Source of the DNA: Salpingoeca rosetta | Taxonomy: Eukaryota > Protista > Choanoflagellata | DNA: 64,000 bases | Assembly (NCBI GenBank): GCA_033442325.1 | Contig: JAWQFM010000015.1 | Span: 790,335-854,334, forward strand | Reading direction: 5' to 3' | Shown: positions 33,636 to 46,433 of the stretch, piece after piece | Position numbering within the stretch: the first letter of the stretch is position 1 | Layout of the letters: each line of letters starts with the position of its first letter | The notes under the pieces: generated by a model | The model's input: only the letters and a program-made list of their open reading frames with translations | Database searches by the model: none | Told to the model about the DNA's origin: nothing | Program-made: the position numbers and the translations under genes

Positions 33636-35564
33636 CATGAGGAATGGTGGTGTGGAAATACTGACCTTCATTTGCATTGAAAACACACGCACGGCTCGTG
33701 TGCAAACTCATTCACACGCTCGCGCATTGTGCTGTGATAACAGGGCATGCCGTGACGCGTGTGGAGGATCACGTTGATAAGCGGGGCGCTGTGGTGACGG
33801 CAGCCTTGACCATGCCATATGTCCAGCAGCACCAACACATGGAACAGACACAGAAGCAAGATCACGAGCAGCACCAACAGCAGCAGCAGCAGCAGCAGAA
33901 GCAGCAGGAAGTTGTGTTTCGGGCGAAGCACGTGTTGCTGACGTGCTCCGTTGCTGTGTTGCAGCGTGGTTTGATTGCGTTTGATCCACCGCTCCCGGCG
34001 TGGAAACAGAATGCAATCGCCGCCGTCCAGGCAGGACCGCTCATGAAGGTCTTCCTGCGTTTTGAAACGACGTTTTGGGGCAATGAGCACTCGTTCAACA
34101 CGCCAGAAGGGCCTGCTCCAGAAATGTGGGCCCACCAGGTATGAATGTTGGACTTGGACTGCCATAGTGTGTCTGTGTGTCTGTGTGTGTCTGTGTGTGG
34201 GTGTGTGTACCTGTGTGCACGCATGTGTGTGTTCCTATGTGTACCTATGTGTACCTATGTGTACCTGTGTGCATCACTTTTGCGAACAATAACGTCGCCA
34301 CAACCACCAGGACGGCGTGCCCGTGATGACGTGCTTCGTCCCCGCCCGCTGGCGACAGCGCTTGCTGCAGCTCGATGGAACTGGTGCGTGACCATGCTTT
34401 GTGTCTGTGTCTGTGCCTGTGTCTGTGCCTGTGTCTGTGTGTGTGTGTGTGTGTGTGTGAGTGTGTACGTTTGCCTGTCTGTCCGTGCCATGCTTCATTC
34501 ACCACCTCACACATACACCTCCATCCTCCCTTGTGTCCAACTCCCCGTCAGATGCGGCCATGCCTGGGTCGTTCGCTGCAGACTGTTGGGACGGCCTCAT
34601 CCTCTGGCAGCGCGCCGCCGTCACGTACGAAACTGCTGCTGATGCTGTTGTGCTGCTGGCTTTGCTGTGTTGTGTTGTTGCTTGTTCTGATTTGCTTCGT
34701 TTGTTTGTTAGTTTGTTTGTTTGTGGCACAGCTGCTCGACTCAGATGCACACGTGCGCCCCTGTGCTGCGTTTGTGTGTGTCGTGTTCACCCCCGTGTTG
34801 TCGTGCCGCGATTTGTGCGTGGTCCACGCCAGGGCGCTGTTACAGCAGCTGCACGAGATGTTTCCCCGTGAAGACATTGTGTGCACACGTGCGCTCTTCT
34901 TCGACTGGGGATCCGCCCCATACGTGCACTGCGGGTACGTGTCTCTGTGTATGTGTGTGTGTGTGCGCGCGCGCGTGCGTCTGTCTGCGTGTTTATGCGT
35001 GCGTCTGTCTGCGTGTCTGTGAGTCTGTCCATCTGTCTGCTTGGGTCACGCTGCGACGTCCGATCTGCGGCCAGCAAACGCAGCCATTCATACACTCCCC
35101 GGCCCTCTCCCAACTTCAGGTACACCGCCCCCACGAGCACGTGCGCGGACCGCCGGCGTCTCGCCAAGAGCACGGGGCGCCTCCACTTTGCTGGCGAGGC
35201 GACGAGCGTGCACCTCGACGTGTCCATGCAGGTGCTGTTTGAGAGCGGGGGTGAGGGGAGGAAGAAAGAGGGGAACTTGGTGATGGCATGGTGGTGTCAC
35301 AGTTTCATGTGTGTGTGTGTGTGTTCATGGGAGTGATACCGTAGGGCACTTGTGTGGTGACGTACGCATTGCTGCCCAGGTGTCCACCTCACGCACGCGC
35401 ACACGTGCATACATACGCACGCACATGCACACACACACACATGTACACGCATACAAACACACATATGCACACGCACATGCACACACACATGCATATACGT
35501 GTAGGGCGCCATTGAGACTGGAGAGGAGCGTGCCGATCTTCTCTGCCAACTCCTGACCTCGTGA
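32075..35564 (+). CDS. Flavin-containing amine oxidase (polyamine oxidase/LSD/MAO superfamily), about 11 exons
   Basis: DVVVVGAGVSGLAAARRL; VLEAQDQPGGR; FGAQFIHG; FDPPLPAWKQNAI..GPLMKVFLRFETTFW; DWGSAPYVHCGY; LHFAGEAT; MQ/GAIETGEERA. Stop ends at 35564. Confidence 0.9.
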
Positions 35565-35968
35565 ACAACACGCGACACGACCGCATCCCACCCTCAACCC
35601 TACACGGGACCACTCATGACCCTTCCCGACCTACCTTGACTGCCTACACGGAAGACGTGTGCTGACGCTCTCTCGTGGCTTTTGTTGCTGTTGCTAATGC
35701 CTTGTGACCTAGATGACATGTATGTGACCCCTTGCCTAGCCTTCTGAGCCTTGCCAGTGTTTGCTGTTGCCTTAACCATTTGCTTCGTGTGCAAATCGAT
35801 AGCCTTTGTCGTTTACTAGCTGTTCGTGCACGTAATCTGCGATTATACGCCCCTTACAAGAGCAGGCAGCCGAAATACATACGAGCCAGTGTGGTGACGA
35901 ACACAGTTTCAAATAGGACGGGGAAGACAGACGCACGCATGCACACAGACCTAGACAGAGAGATGCAT

Positions 35969-36002
<34 letters not shown>

Positions 36003-36116
36003 CAACGAAACAAGAGAGTTGTGTCGAAGAGCATCGACACACGCAGGGGCACGATGTGGCCGCGAGCCATGTGCCTTGGAAAAGCGTGCTTGCAGATTGG
36101 CGCCCAAGCGTGATCC

Positions 36117-36901
36117 TCACTCAGCTGTCAGCCCCTCCCGCTCCAAGGTGAGCAAGTACAAGGCAATCCGCTTGTGGTGGTACATGATCGCAATGTCTGC
36201 TGGTGTTCGGTCCTGCAGAATGTGTTAAAGTATGGAGGACCAATGCGCAGCAGACAGTGATGATGAGGAGGTGGCAGTGGAGGGGGTGGTGCTGGGAAAC
36301 GTTGTGTTGGTGGCAGTGCCGGTGAACACACCCACACACGACAAGTGAGAGTACTGGCCATGGTGCTGAGATAGCGAGACAGAAACGCACCAAGTAGTCG
36401 CCGGCTCGAATGTGCGCCCCGCGTTTGATGAGAAATTTGACCAACTTAAGGTCGCCGCTCATGCACGCAAAGTGAAGAGGCGTGTACTTCTATAAAGCAT
36501 CGTGTACAGAAAGGGGAGTGCCGGTGCAGACATGAGACAGGGATACAAGGGGGCAGGTGGAAGCGGAGTACTTTGAGTGCTCACGGTTTGGAGCACACAA
36601 AGCCACACGTCCACTTGTGCACGAAGAGGAAGACAAACACGCATTGTACACTTACAATCACACACACTCACATGCACTCGCACACACTCACACCCACACA
36701 TACACACAAATGCACACTCATTCACACCGTTGGGGCATCCTCTGGGACGTTTATGTCGTCGGGATACTTCTGCAAGTGCACGCGCACAGGCTTCCGCCTC
36801 GCTTTCGGCAGGGCACACGCAACATGAAACGGGTGCTGAGGAACATAGATGGGCGGGGGCTGGCCGCCTGGCAGCGCAAGGACCTCTGGCGATGAACTCA
36901 T
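36117..36901 (-). CDS. Small ankyrin-repeat protein, at least 3 exons
   Basis: HPFHVAC..DDINVP; KYTPLHFACMSGDLKLVKFLIKRGAHIRAGDY; DRTPADIAIMYHHKRIALYL. Both ends are uncertain: the apparent stop overlaps a GTGAG donor, so another exon is possible. Confidence 0.7.
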
Positions 36902-36991
36902 GCTTGTGGTCAACGGTATTGTCGATTCGTATTGGCTGTCAGTGTGGTGGCTGTGCTGGAACCAGTGGGAGGCTGAGAGAGAGAGAGAGAG

Positions 36992-37027
<36 letters not shown>

Positions 37028-37531
37028 CGTGAGAAAGAGAGAGAGAGTAGCTGTCTAGCTGTAGCCGTTGTTCTGTTGTTGAGCTGCTCGAGAAAATGAG
37101 CCCTCTCGACAAGGCATCTTCGCTACTTGCTCTTTCTGGTCCACGACAGTCAGTCAGTCGACACAGTACATTAGTCCACGTGCTTCTGGCCACGTGCCGT
37201 CTTGCGCGTGGCGGGCGTGTTGTGAAATGACTGAAATGAGGACTGCCCACGAGCAGTTACGACAGGAGGTTGCATGGGCACACGCGAAAAAGGGAAATAC
37301 GCGTGAAAACGTGGACGACAAATCATGGATGAAATTGCAAAAATCGAAGAAGGGTGTACACCGAGGTTCGTATGACGTCATCATTGTGTTGTATTGGACG
37401 ATACGATGGAAGACAAAAGATAACAACCCCCCCCCACACAGAGCAATCAACAGCTCCTCGTCCCTTCCTCACCTTTCCCCACCCACCCACCCTCCACACA
37501 TCACCTTCTCCATCCAGCCCCTCCACTGCTC

Positions 37532-38687
37532 TCACAGCCCAAACGCCGCGCCCTTTGCCCTGAGCCTCTCTGCGGACTGCTTGCGGCGGGCCATCTCCTC
37601 CCGCTTGCGCTGCTCCTCCTCGTTCTTGAGCGCCTGCTTCTGCGCCTCAAAGGGGTCGTGGTCTGTGACGGCCTTCTCCGCACGCTGCTTGATGGAGCGC
37701 GCGTGCATTTCCTGCTCCTTGAGCTGCGAGTCGTCGGAGGCGAGGAGGGCCTCGAGCTCGTGCTTGGCGCGCATGCCCTTCACGCCGCCGATGGCGATGC
37801 GTTCCTGCAGCTCCTTGATCTTGTTCTCGCGCTGCAGCTTGAGCGCGGCCATGTGTTCTTCCAGCTGCTCCGCCTTGTCCAGCTGGGCCACAAGGTCGTT
37901 CTCGCCGCGGTCCTGGAAGAGCTGCAAGCGTGCGTGATTGCGTGTGTGTGTGTGTGGGGGGGGGGGAGAGTGCGTGTGTGTGTGTGTGGGGGGGGGATTG
38001 CGTATGTGTGTGCGTGATTGTGAGAATATGGGAGTGCGCGCATGGCGTAGATAAATGGTACATGAAAAGGCACAAGCTCACACACCATTTCACACACCCT
38101 CCCCTTCACCCCCCTCCCCACTCTTCTGTACTCTGCACCATGCCAACATACCTCCGGTGCGCGCTTGTTGTATTTGAAGAGGAGAAACTCTGTGAGGGAG
38201 AGCCGGCCGTTGCAGTCCACGTCAATGGACCTAAACGCCTTTCGAAACTCCACCAGCGTCAGCGTGCGCCCTTCCTCCGTCAGCAGCCTGTTGTGCGTGT
38301 GTGTGTGAACGTGTGTGCAAACGTGTGTGTGTGTGTGTGTGCAACGACAGGTGGTGCTTCACACTTGACGCATTCAACAACACAGCATAATGTACACCAA
38401 ACGCCACACACGCACACGCACACACGCACACGCACACACGCACACGCACATCAACACACACATACACACAAGACACACACGGACACTGACTTGAGCGCCT
38501 GTGGTTCTTCTATTTCCTTGGCCTTTTGCTTGCCGGTGATGGCGTCAAACTGCTTTGCAACCGCGGCGACCTCTGTTGGGGAGATGCTGTTGCCAAAGGC
38601 GCGCACAAAGAAGTTGGCCTGCTCATCCTGCGAGCGCGTGCCAAGCTCGCGCAGCTTCGCCTTTACCTTGTCCTCACCAGCGCTCAT
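37532..38687 (-). CDS. EF-hand coiled-coil protein resembling the Dictyostelium 34-kDa calcium-regulated actin-bundling protein (ABP34/AbpB), 3 exons
   Basis: SQDEQANFFVRAF (compare FSQQAVHFLNAYW); TLTLVEFRKAFRSIDVDCNGRLSLTEFLLFKY, an EF-hand (compare LTALKRKQELREKVDVNFDGRVSFLEYLLYQY); GGVKGMRAKHELEAL (compare PGVKGLGATNMLAQI). Introns at 38288-38490 and about 37922-38151. Confidence 0.75.
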
Positions 38688-38938
38688 CTTTTTGACAGTG
38701 GTTGTGGCAGTGGTCGGTGGCGGTGGGGGAAAACAAGAAAACAAGCAGCAGGCGTTTTGTTTGTGTTTCCGACGACAGCACAAAGGAGTGGCAGCCACGT
38801 CAAAGTTGACAGTGAAGAAATTTGGTTGAAAATTTCACCTAATCGTCCGGATTGGCTGTGCCGCAAACAACGACGACGACAAACCACAACACCACCACAC
38901 CACAACACCACACCAACCAGCACGACAAGCAAGCAAGC

Positions 38939-39206
38939 ATGCTGTCTGGGAGCCGAGTGGACAGTGTGCGGGCATGCCTGGCAGAGCTGGTGCATGAAGT
39001 GCAGGGTGTGGAGGACAAGTCCTTGAGGGATGCCATTCTGCAAAAAGTGCAAAACTTGGAAGGTGCGCGTGTGCAGTTGTGCGTTTTGCTGCGGTCTAAC
39101 ATGCGTGATTGACATTGCCTGAGTGATTGACATCGCCTGAGTGATTGACATTGCCAATGATCCATCCATCACACACACACACACACATACACACACACAC
39201 ACACAC

Positions 39207-39270
<64 letters not shown>

Positions 39271-40851
39271 CACACTACTGCACCTTGCACGGCGTGCCAT
39301 GTGCGTAGAGTCCATCTTCGACACGGATGACTGGGCCAAAGTAGCACCGGGGGAATCCGTCTTGAAACTGGTGTGTGTGTGTGCTCTCTTCTTGTTTAGC
39401 TGCGTCAAGTGCCCCCGCTGTCCTCTCGCTGTGCTATCCCTCTCCCTCTCTCTCGACCACCGCTCCTTGTCACCATCCCTCACCATCACTGCCATCACCG
39501 CCATCTCTGCTTCTATATCAACATGCACACAGGCGGTTTTGGGTCTGCCCATGTCGGGGCAGCAGGAAGTGCTGAACAAGTTCTTGTGCGGGTCTGCAAA
39601 CGGCGAAGGCCACCACAAGAGCCCCATGGAGCTGATCACGGGCATCAAGGCGCCCAAGGGCCAGAGCTTCGGCAAGAAGCACCGCACCGTCGTCCCTTGC
39701 CACGGCGGCATGAAAACTTTGCTTCTGCGCACAACCACGGGAGACCCAAGCCCACAGGTGTGCTTGTATGTGTTTGTGTTTGTGTTTGTGCTTGTATGTG
39801 TTTGTGTTTGTGTTTGTGCTTGTATGTGTTTGTGTTTGTGTTTGTGCTTGTGTGTGTGTGTGTGTGTGTGCGTGTGCTTGCGCTGTGTGCCTGCGGTTGT
39901 GAGCGAGGCTTGTGCTGTGGGCTGTCCTAACTTTGCAGCTCAGTTGCTTCTGCAGCACGTTAATCTCGTCCACTCACCCCATCCATTCCAATCATGCCCT
40001 TGTCGCTGTGTTTCGCTTCCAGGTGTTGGCGTGGGCGGACGCGTTTATCGTGCTGTTTGACGTGACATCCCAGGAGAGCCTTGATGGTGAGCGGGCCTGA
40101 TACGAACTGCTCCTCCCATTGCTCTGCCACACGACCATCACCGTCACCTTATCGCTCCTTCCTTCCTCTCTTCCCCAATCTTCCTCTCGTCCCCAACCTC
40201 CTCCCCACCCTTCTCACCGCACACCCCTCCCCATCACCTCCATCCCTCCTCCCTCCCCATGACTCCGTGTGCAGCGGTGCGCCCCATCTGCGGGAAGATT
40301 TCACGCTACCGCCGCAGCGTCGACCTGCCCAGCCTCATCGTCGGTGTCGCCGGCCTCAGCGACGACCAGGTTGCTACCCCCACCACCATGATAGGCTGCA
40401 GTGGGCTCGCGGGCTCGTGTGTTTTGTGCGCATGTGAATGTTATGTCGAGAAGGAAACGAGGGAATGGTTGGTGAATGGTGGCGATGGTGCACTGGGCGA
40501 TGTGTTGATGAGGTTAGCAGCTGCCATCACGCGTGTCATACGCTTTCATGACATCATGTTCACACTCCACTCCAACACCGCCACCATGATGCTGATGTGC
40601 AGCCGCGGCTCTCAGAGGAGGACGGTACGGCGCTGGCAAACGAGGTCGACCACTGCCTCTTCTTCACACAGGTTCGCCCGTGGATAGGTGTCTGCTTGCA
40701 GTGTGCACGTTTGCTGTCGTGTTGGTATGCATGTGTGTGCGTGTGTGTGTGTCTGCGACTGGCTTGCACGTGGTATGTTTCCATGCTGTAACACGAAACA
40801 CAACCCTTCACCTCTTTCACACACACACATACACACACGCTCTCACCCTCA

Positions 40852-40897
<46 letters not shown>

Positions 40898-41930
40898 CAC
40901 TCACTCACTCACCCTCCCCCCCCCAACACGTCAACGCCAGGTGAATCCGTTCACTGGGGAGCGTGTGGACCGGCTGTTCCACGACATTGTGCACTACGTG
41001 GTTGAGTTTGTTGTTCCACAAAACCCGGAGGGCCGCGTTGGGAAGATGACGACACAGGAACTCAAGCTTGGTCACATGCACGCCAAGAGCCCAACCGCAA
41101 AGGTGCAACGCGTGCATGTGTGTGTTTGCGCGCGCGCGTGTGTATGCGTGCGTGTGTTTGCGTGCGTGTGTGTGCGTGCGTGTGTATGCGTGCGTGTTGT
41201 GTGTTCATTTTGCTGTTGATGTGCGTGTGTGTGTTTGTGTGTGTCATGTAAGCTTCAACTTCCCTGTGTTACAAGCACGTCTCCTCCCAAACGCCTGTCG
41301 CCCTCACCAATCTCTTCTCCCCCCAACCGTCTTCAAACTCTCATCTCAGGGGAAGGACGTTGTTAGCGGCATTGGCCCCGGGCGCTCCATCCCGCTCAAG
41401 CAGGTGCTGGTGGTGATGGTGGTGATGATGCTGGCAGCACGATGATGTGTGCTGCGCGCTTGTATTCTTTCCTGTGCACATTGTCGCACCAACTCTCACC
41501 TTCACCCTTCTTCCCCGCTCTCTAACGCCCCTAACACTCCCAACACTGCCAACACTGCCAACACACATCAGGGCATGTTGAAGAAGACGCCGACGCGGCA
41601 GAGTGTGAAGGGGAGCACGAAGCGGTGGGTTGCGCTCACCAGCGGGCAGCTCACGTACTACACCAGCCTGCAGAATTACATGTCAAACACGCATGGCAAA
41701 CACATTGACCTCTCGGTAAGCAATCATCCCGGGCTACCGCTGGTGTCTTTGATGGAAGTTGATGTGCATTGTGCATTGTGCATTGTGCATTGTGCATTGT
41801 GCATCATGCTCGCTCAACGGCCTTGAAAGGTCTTCGAGCATTCATCCTTTGTCATGATCCCACAATGGCAACCACCATTCGTGCGCGCGCACGCACACAC
41901 ACATTCACTCACTCACTCACTCACACAAAC

Positions 41931-41965
<35 letters not shown>

Positions 41966-42003
41966 CTCACTCACTCACACAACACACACACACACACACA
42001 CAC

Positions 42004-42045
<42 letters not shown>

Positions 42046-43543
42046 CGCATACACACACAAACACTCACAAACACACAAACACACACGCACACACCTCTGC
42101 AGCGGGTGACTGTGAAGATGCCGATGCGCCCTCGGTCGGCCACGTCGGTGTCCAAGTCCACCCCGCAGCGCAGCGGTGGCGAGCGCTTCCCCTTTTCCGT
42201 CGTCTCGCTCGACGGCCGCACGTGGTCCTTTGAGGCAAAGTCCGAACAGGACAGGACAGAGTGGTGCGTGCGTGTGTGTGTGCGTGCGTGTGTGCTGTGT
42301 GCGTGTGTGTGTGTGTGGCTGAGAGATTGGAATTTTCATCGTGTGATGCGTGCGTCTGCATTGCTGTAGTCTTGTGTGATCTCAGTTCTCCGTCCAACTC
42401 CACTCACCCCCCCCCCTTCCAACCCATCCCTACCCCTCTCCCCGTTTTCCGAACTTCACCCACGCATTCCTTCTATGCGTTCCTGCAGGATGCGGGCGAT
42501 TGAGCAGGAAATACACGCGTGTCTGAACCGCAACGCGAGCGGCGGGGCGAAGAACAACGTCTCCATTGACGCGTCGTCCTACCGCATGCTCAGCCAGGAG
42601 GACCTCGCCGCCATTCGCGTACGTGGTGATGGTGTTGTGTTGGTGGTGGTGTAGTGTTGGTGGTGTGGTGTTGTGTTGTGGTGTGTTGTGGTGTGTTGTT
42701 ATCTTGCCTTGTCGTGTGTATGTGTGAGAAGGAACGCGTGCGCGCTGACCAAAAACAACACCACCTCCTGTCTCACTCACCGTCTCCCCCACCCACCAAC
42801 ACAATCCCCTTCGCTCCCCCGCCTCGCCCTGCAGGCTGTTGATGGCAATCTGGAGTGTGCGGACTGCGGGGCCGCTGCGCCGACGTGGGCGTCGCTCAAC
42901 TTTGGTGTCGTCGTCTGCATCGACTGTTCCGGCGTCCACAGGAAAATGGGTGCGCTCCCGGCACACGTGCTCGTCACAGTGGTGGCGGTGGTGATGGTTG
43001 CATTGGTGCGCGGTTGTTGCACTGCCTCTACTGTCGTCACATCACTTGCTCACGCATCATCACCTCCACCACTGTCTCCACATCCACTGCCACCATTGTC
43101 TCCACCACACCACCACATCACTCATCATCGTCAGGTGTGCACATATCGCGCGTGCGGTCGCTTGAATTGGACGATTGGAGCCCGCACCAACTCGCCATCA
43201 TCCTCAACATCGGAAACACAACTGGTGAGTCAGGACAAAGGGGCGCGGGGTTGTGTTGCGTTGCTTGTTGACATCTGTGGATGCAGTGCATACATTCTTT
43301 TCCAAGCTCACGCAACCTTGCCTTGTTCCCCCCTTTTTGCTCTCGCTTAACACACACACACACACACACTCACTCACACACAACACACAACACAACACAA
43401 ACCTTGACGTCCTCTGTCCAGCGAATCACATCTATGAGCATAACATCGCCGGCCGCACGAAGCCGTCGTCCGTCTCATCTGCGTACGCAATATCCGATGT
43501 TCATGCCATGACAAGCGTATCTGCCATCATGCTTTGCCGCAAC

Positions 43544-43622
<79 letters not shown>

Positions 43623-45091
43623 GCACAAACATTCCTGCAGGGCGGAGAAGGAGGACTGGATCCGCTCCAAATACGAACGGCGCGAATTCGTCGCTCCAAT
43701 CAACGACCCGCCAGCACAGGTCGGGCGTGCTGGCACGCAGCACATTGATCGTAGTTTGCAGTACCGTTTTTGACGGCGTGGAGTTCCAGTCGTGGTTGAT
43801 GAGCGAACGCCACTGCTGAGCACAGTACATGCTCTAATCACACTCATGTACACACACTCATGTACACGTGCATTCCCACGTTCTCACATTCACCCTCCCG
43901 CAGGTCCTGCTGTCTGCGATGCGCAACGACACGTGGCCGCGCGGTGTGCTCGCGCTCGCAAATTTCAAACCGGAGGATGTGCATGTGCAAATTGACGGCC
44001 TGACGCTCTTACATCATGCCTGCAAGCTCGGATCAGCAACGTGGGCACAGATGCTGCTCTGGGTAAGTTTCCTCACACACGCACGCTTCCACTCAACTTC
44101 TCTGTGACTGGCACTTACAGCACATGAATTTGGAATGACCGTGAATGCACTGCGTCCCGCTCCAACCTCACAAACTCCACCACCAACTCCACCACCCACT
44201 CCACCACCAACTCCACCACCAACTCCACCACCATTGCCAGGCTGGATGCGACCCGCAGGAGACGAGTGCAGAGGGGCGCACGGCCGCGTATTACGCAAAG
44301 CAGTCCGGTTCCCGCGAGTGCGCGCAGCTCATGGCCAGCAGCGGCGGATCTGTGGTCCGCAACGCCTCTGCCCCGGCCTCCGCCCTGCCGTCAACGGTCT
44401 CAACGCCACGACACGCAACGAGCACGACCATCACCACGCCCGCTGGTGCAAGGTCGCCATCCACAGCGTCGCGGCCGGCAACAGCAGCGTCAACACCAGC
44501 AGCTGCGATGACTGCGACGACGACGCCTGTGGGTGATGCTGGTGGTGCAAAGGCGCGCGGCCAAAGCGATTCCGCCGCGTTTACCCCCACGTTTGCTGAT
44601 GCTGACACGACACCAAGCAGACGTGTGCCTGCAGGCAAGAAGGTGTTTGGAGAGTACCTGGAAATTGCAGCGGAAGGAAACAACAACGGGAACAACGACG
44701 ACAGCAGCAACGACGATGATGATGGTGATGGTGATGGTGATGGTGATGGTGTTCACGTGGACTGGGCTGAGGACGAGACGAACCCGTTTTCACCGCGCGC
44801 TGCGACGAGATCAGAGAGCATTGGGGAGGAGCTGTTGCCACCAGACCTCGACGCCTTCCACCCGTTTGACGACTCGGTAGGACGACTTGGGATTGTGTGG
44901 TGCTGTTGTGGGGGGGGGGTGTTGTATAACACTGTGTTGTGTCGTGCGTGTGCGTGAAGGTGTTTTGTGTTGTGTTGGAACGTCTGCTCTGCATGACTGC
45001 CCATCTGTGTTGTCATGTCTCACCTCCATTCCCTCTCCCCTTCTCCCCTTCTCTTTCCCAGGACGACAAAGGCTCGGACAGCTTTGTGTAA
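38939..45091 (+). CDS. AGAP: AGAP/centaurin-gamma: GTPase-like domain, PH, ArfGAP and ankyrin domains, about 19 exons
   Basis: [21 protein letters not shown]; [17 protein letters not shown]; [42 protein letters not shown]; [15 protein letters not shown]; [50 protein letters not shown]; [15 protein letters not shown]; [11 protein letters not shown]. Last exon DDKGSDSFV* at 45062-45091. Confidence 0.92.
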
Positions 45092-45467
45092 ACATTCTTC
45101 TGTGTGTGTGTGTGTGTGTGCGTGTGTGTTTGGAGTTCTGTGGTATGTGCCCTTCCGCGTTTCCCCTCTTCGCCTGTTTGCTTCCGTTTCTCGCTTAGCC
45201 AATACAGTGAATAGGTCTTGCACGGTGAAATTGGGTTCGTGATGAAAGTGTTTGTTGCTGCTCACGGGTGCGTGTGCTTGCCACAAGCAAACGCCGCATT
45301 CATTAAGAAGAGCAATCGGGGAAAGGGAAAGAGAGAGAGAGAGACAGAAGGAGGGAAACCTAGGCAGCTAGACACGCAATGCAAACACGCACGCACACAA
45401 AGAAGGCGAGCTGAAGAGACTGACAGGCTGACATAGTGAGGCGCATGAATACATTCACACACACACG

Positions 45468-45528
<61 letters not shown>

Positions 45529-45541
45529 GTGAATCGAAGCG

Positions 45542-45697
45542 TCACTTCTTCTTTGCAGCTCGGGCGGTGCGTGGTTTGCGCGCGGGCTTGTGTGCGGGGT
45601 TGTTGGGCGTCCACGGACCAAGACTGCGGTAGACGGATGGAGATTCGGAGTGTCGTGAGATGGATGAGGGACCAAACACAGCGCACGACAGCGCATG

Positions 45698-45764
<67 letters not shown>

Positions 45765-45773
45765 AGAGCACAC

Positions 45774-45845
<72 letters not shown>

Positions 45846-46335
45846 CAACCTGTCCTTTGATGCGTAAAAGTCCATGGGGTAGTCTGGCTGCCACTCGATG
45901 GTGGAGAGGACGACAGATGCCTCGTACGGCGTCAGGAGCGGTTTCTTGAACGCCGTGCCCCAGTCAATCGACAGCCGCGGACACGCAATCTGTGGTGGGG
46001 AAAACGGGGTGCAGGATGGTTATGTGAATGTCCGTGTGTGAATGTCCGTGTGTGTGTGTGTGAGTTTGATGTGTTGCATGAATGTTCGTGTGGCTGTGTG
46101 CATGTGCATGTGTGTGTGTGTGTGCTCGAGGTTTACGATACAGCTTCAGGAAGCCACCTCAACGACAAGCCAGCATGAACAGCAGCACTGCATTGCAACC
46201 AACCTGTACCCACGCGTCGACGTCATACATCAGCTCCAACTTCGCCGGGAAAATCTGGAGACACAGACAGGCGCAAAAATGTGAGGCGAAACTTGGAGGA
46301 CAGAAGGTTAAAGCAAGCACACACAAGCACGCAAA

Positions 46336-46433
<98 letters not shown>

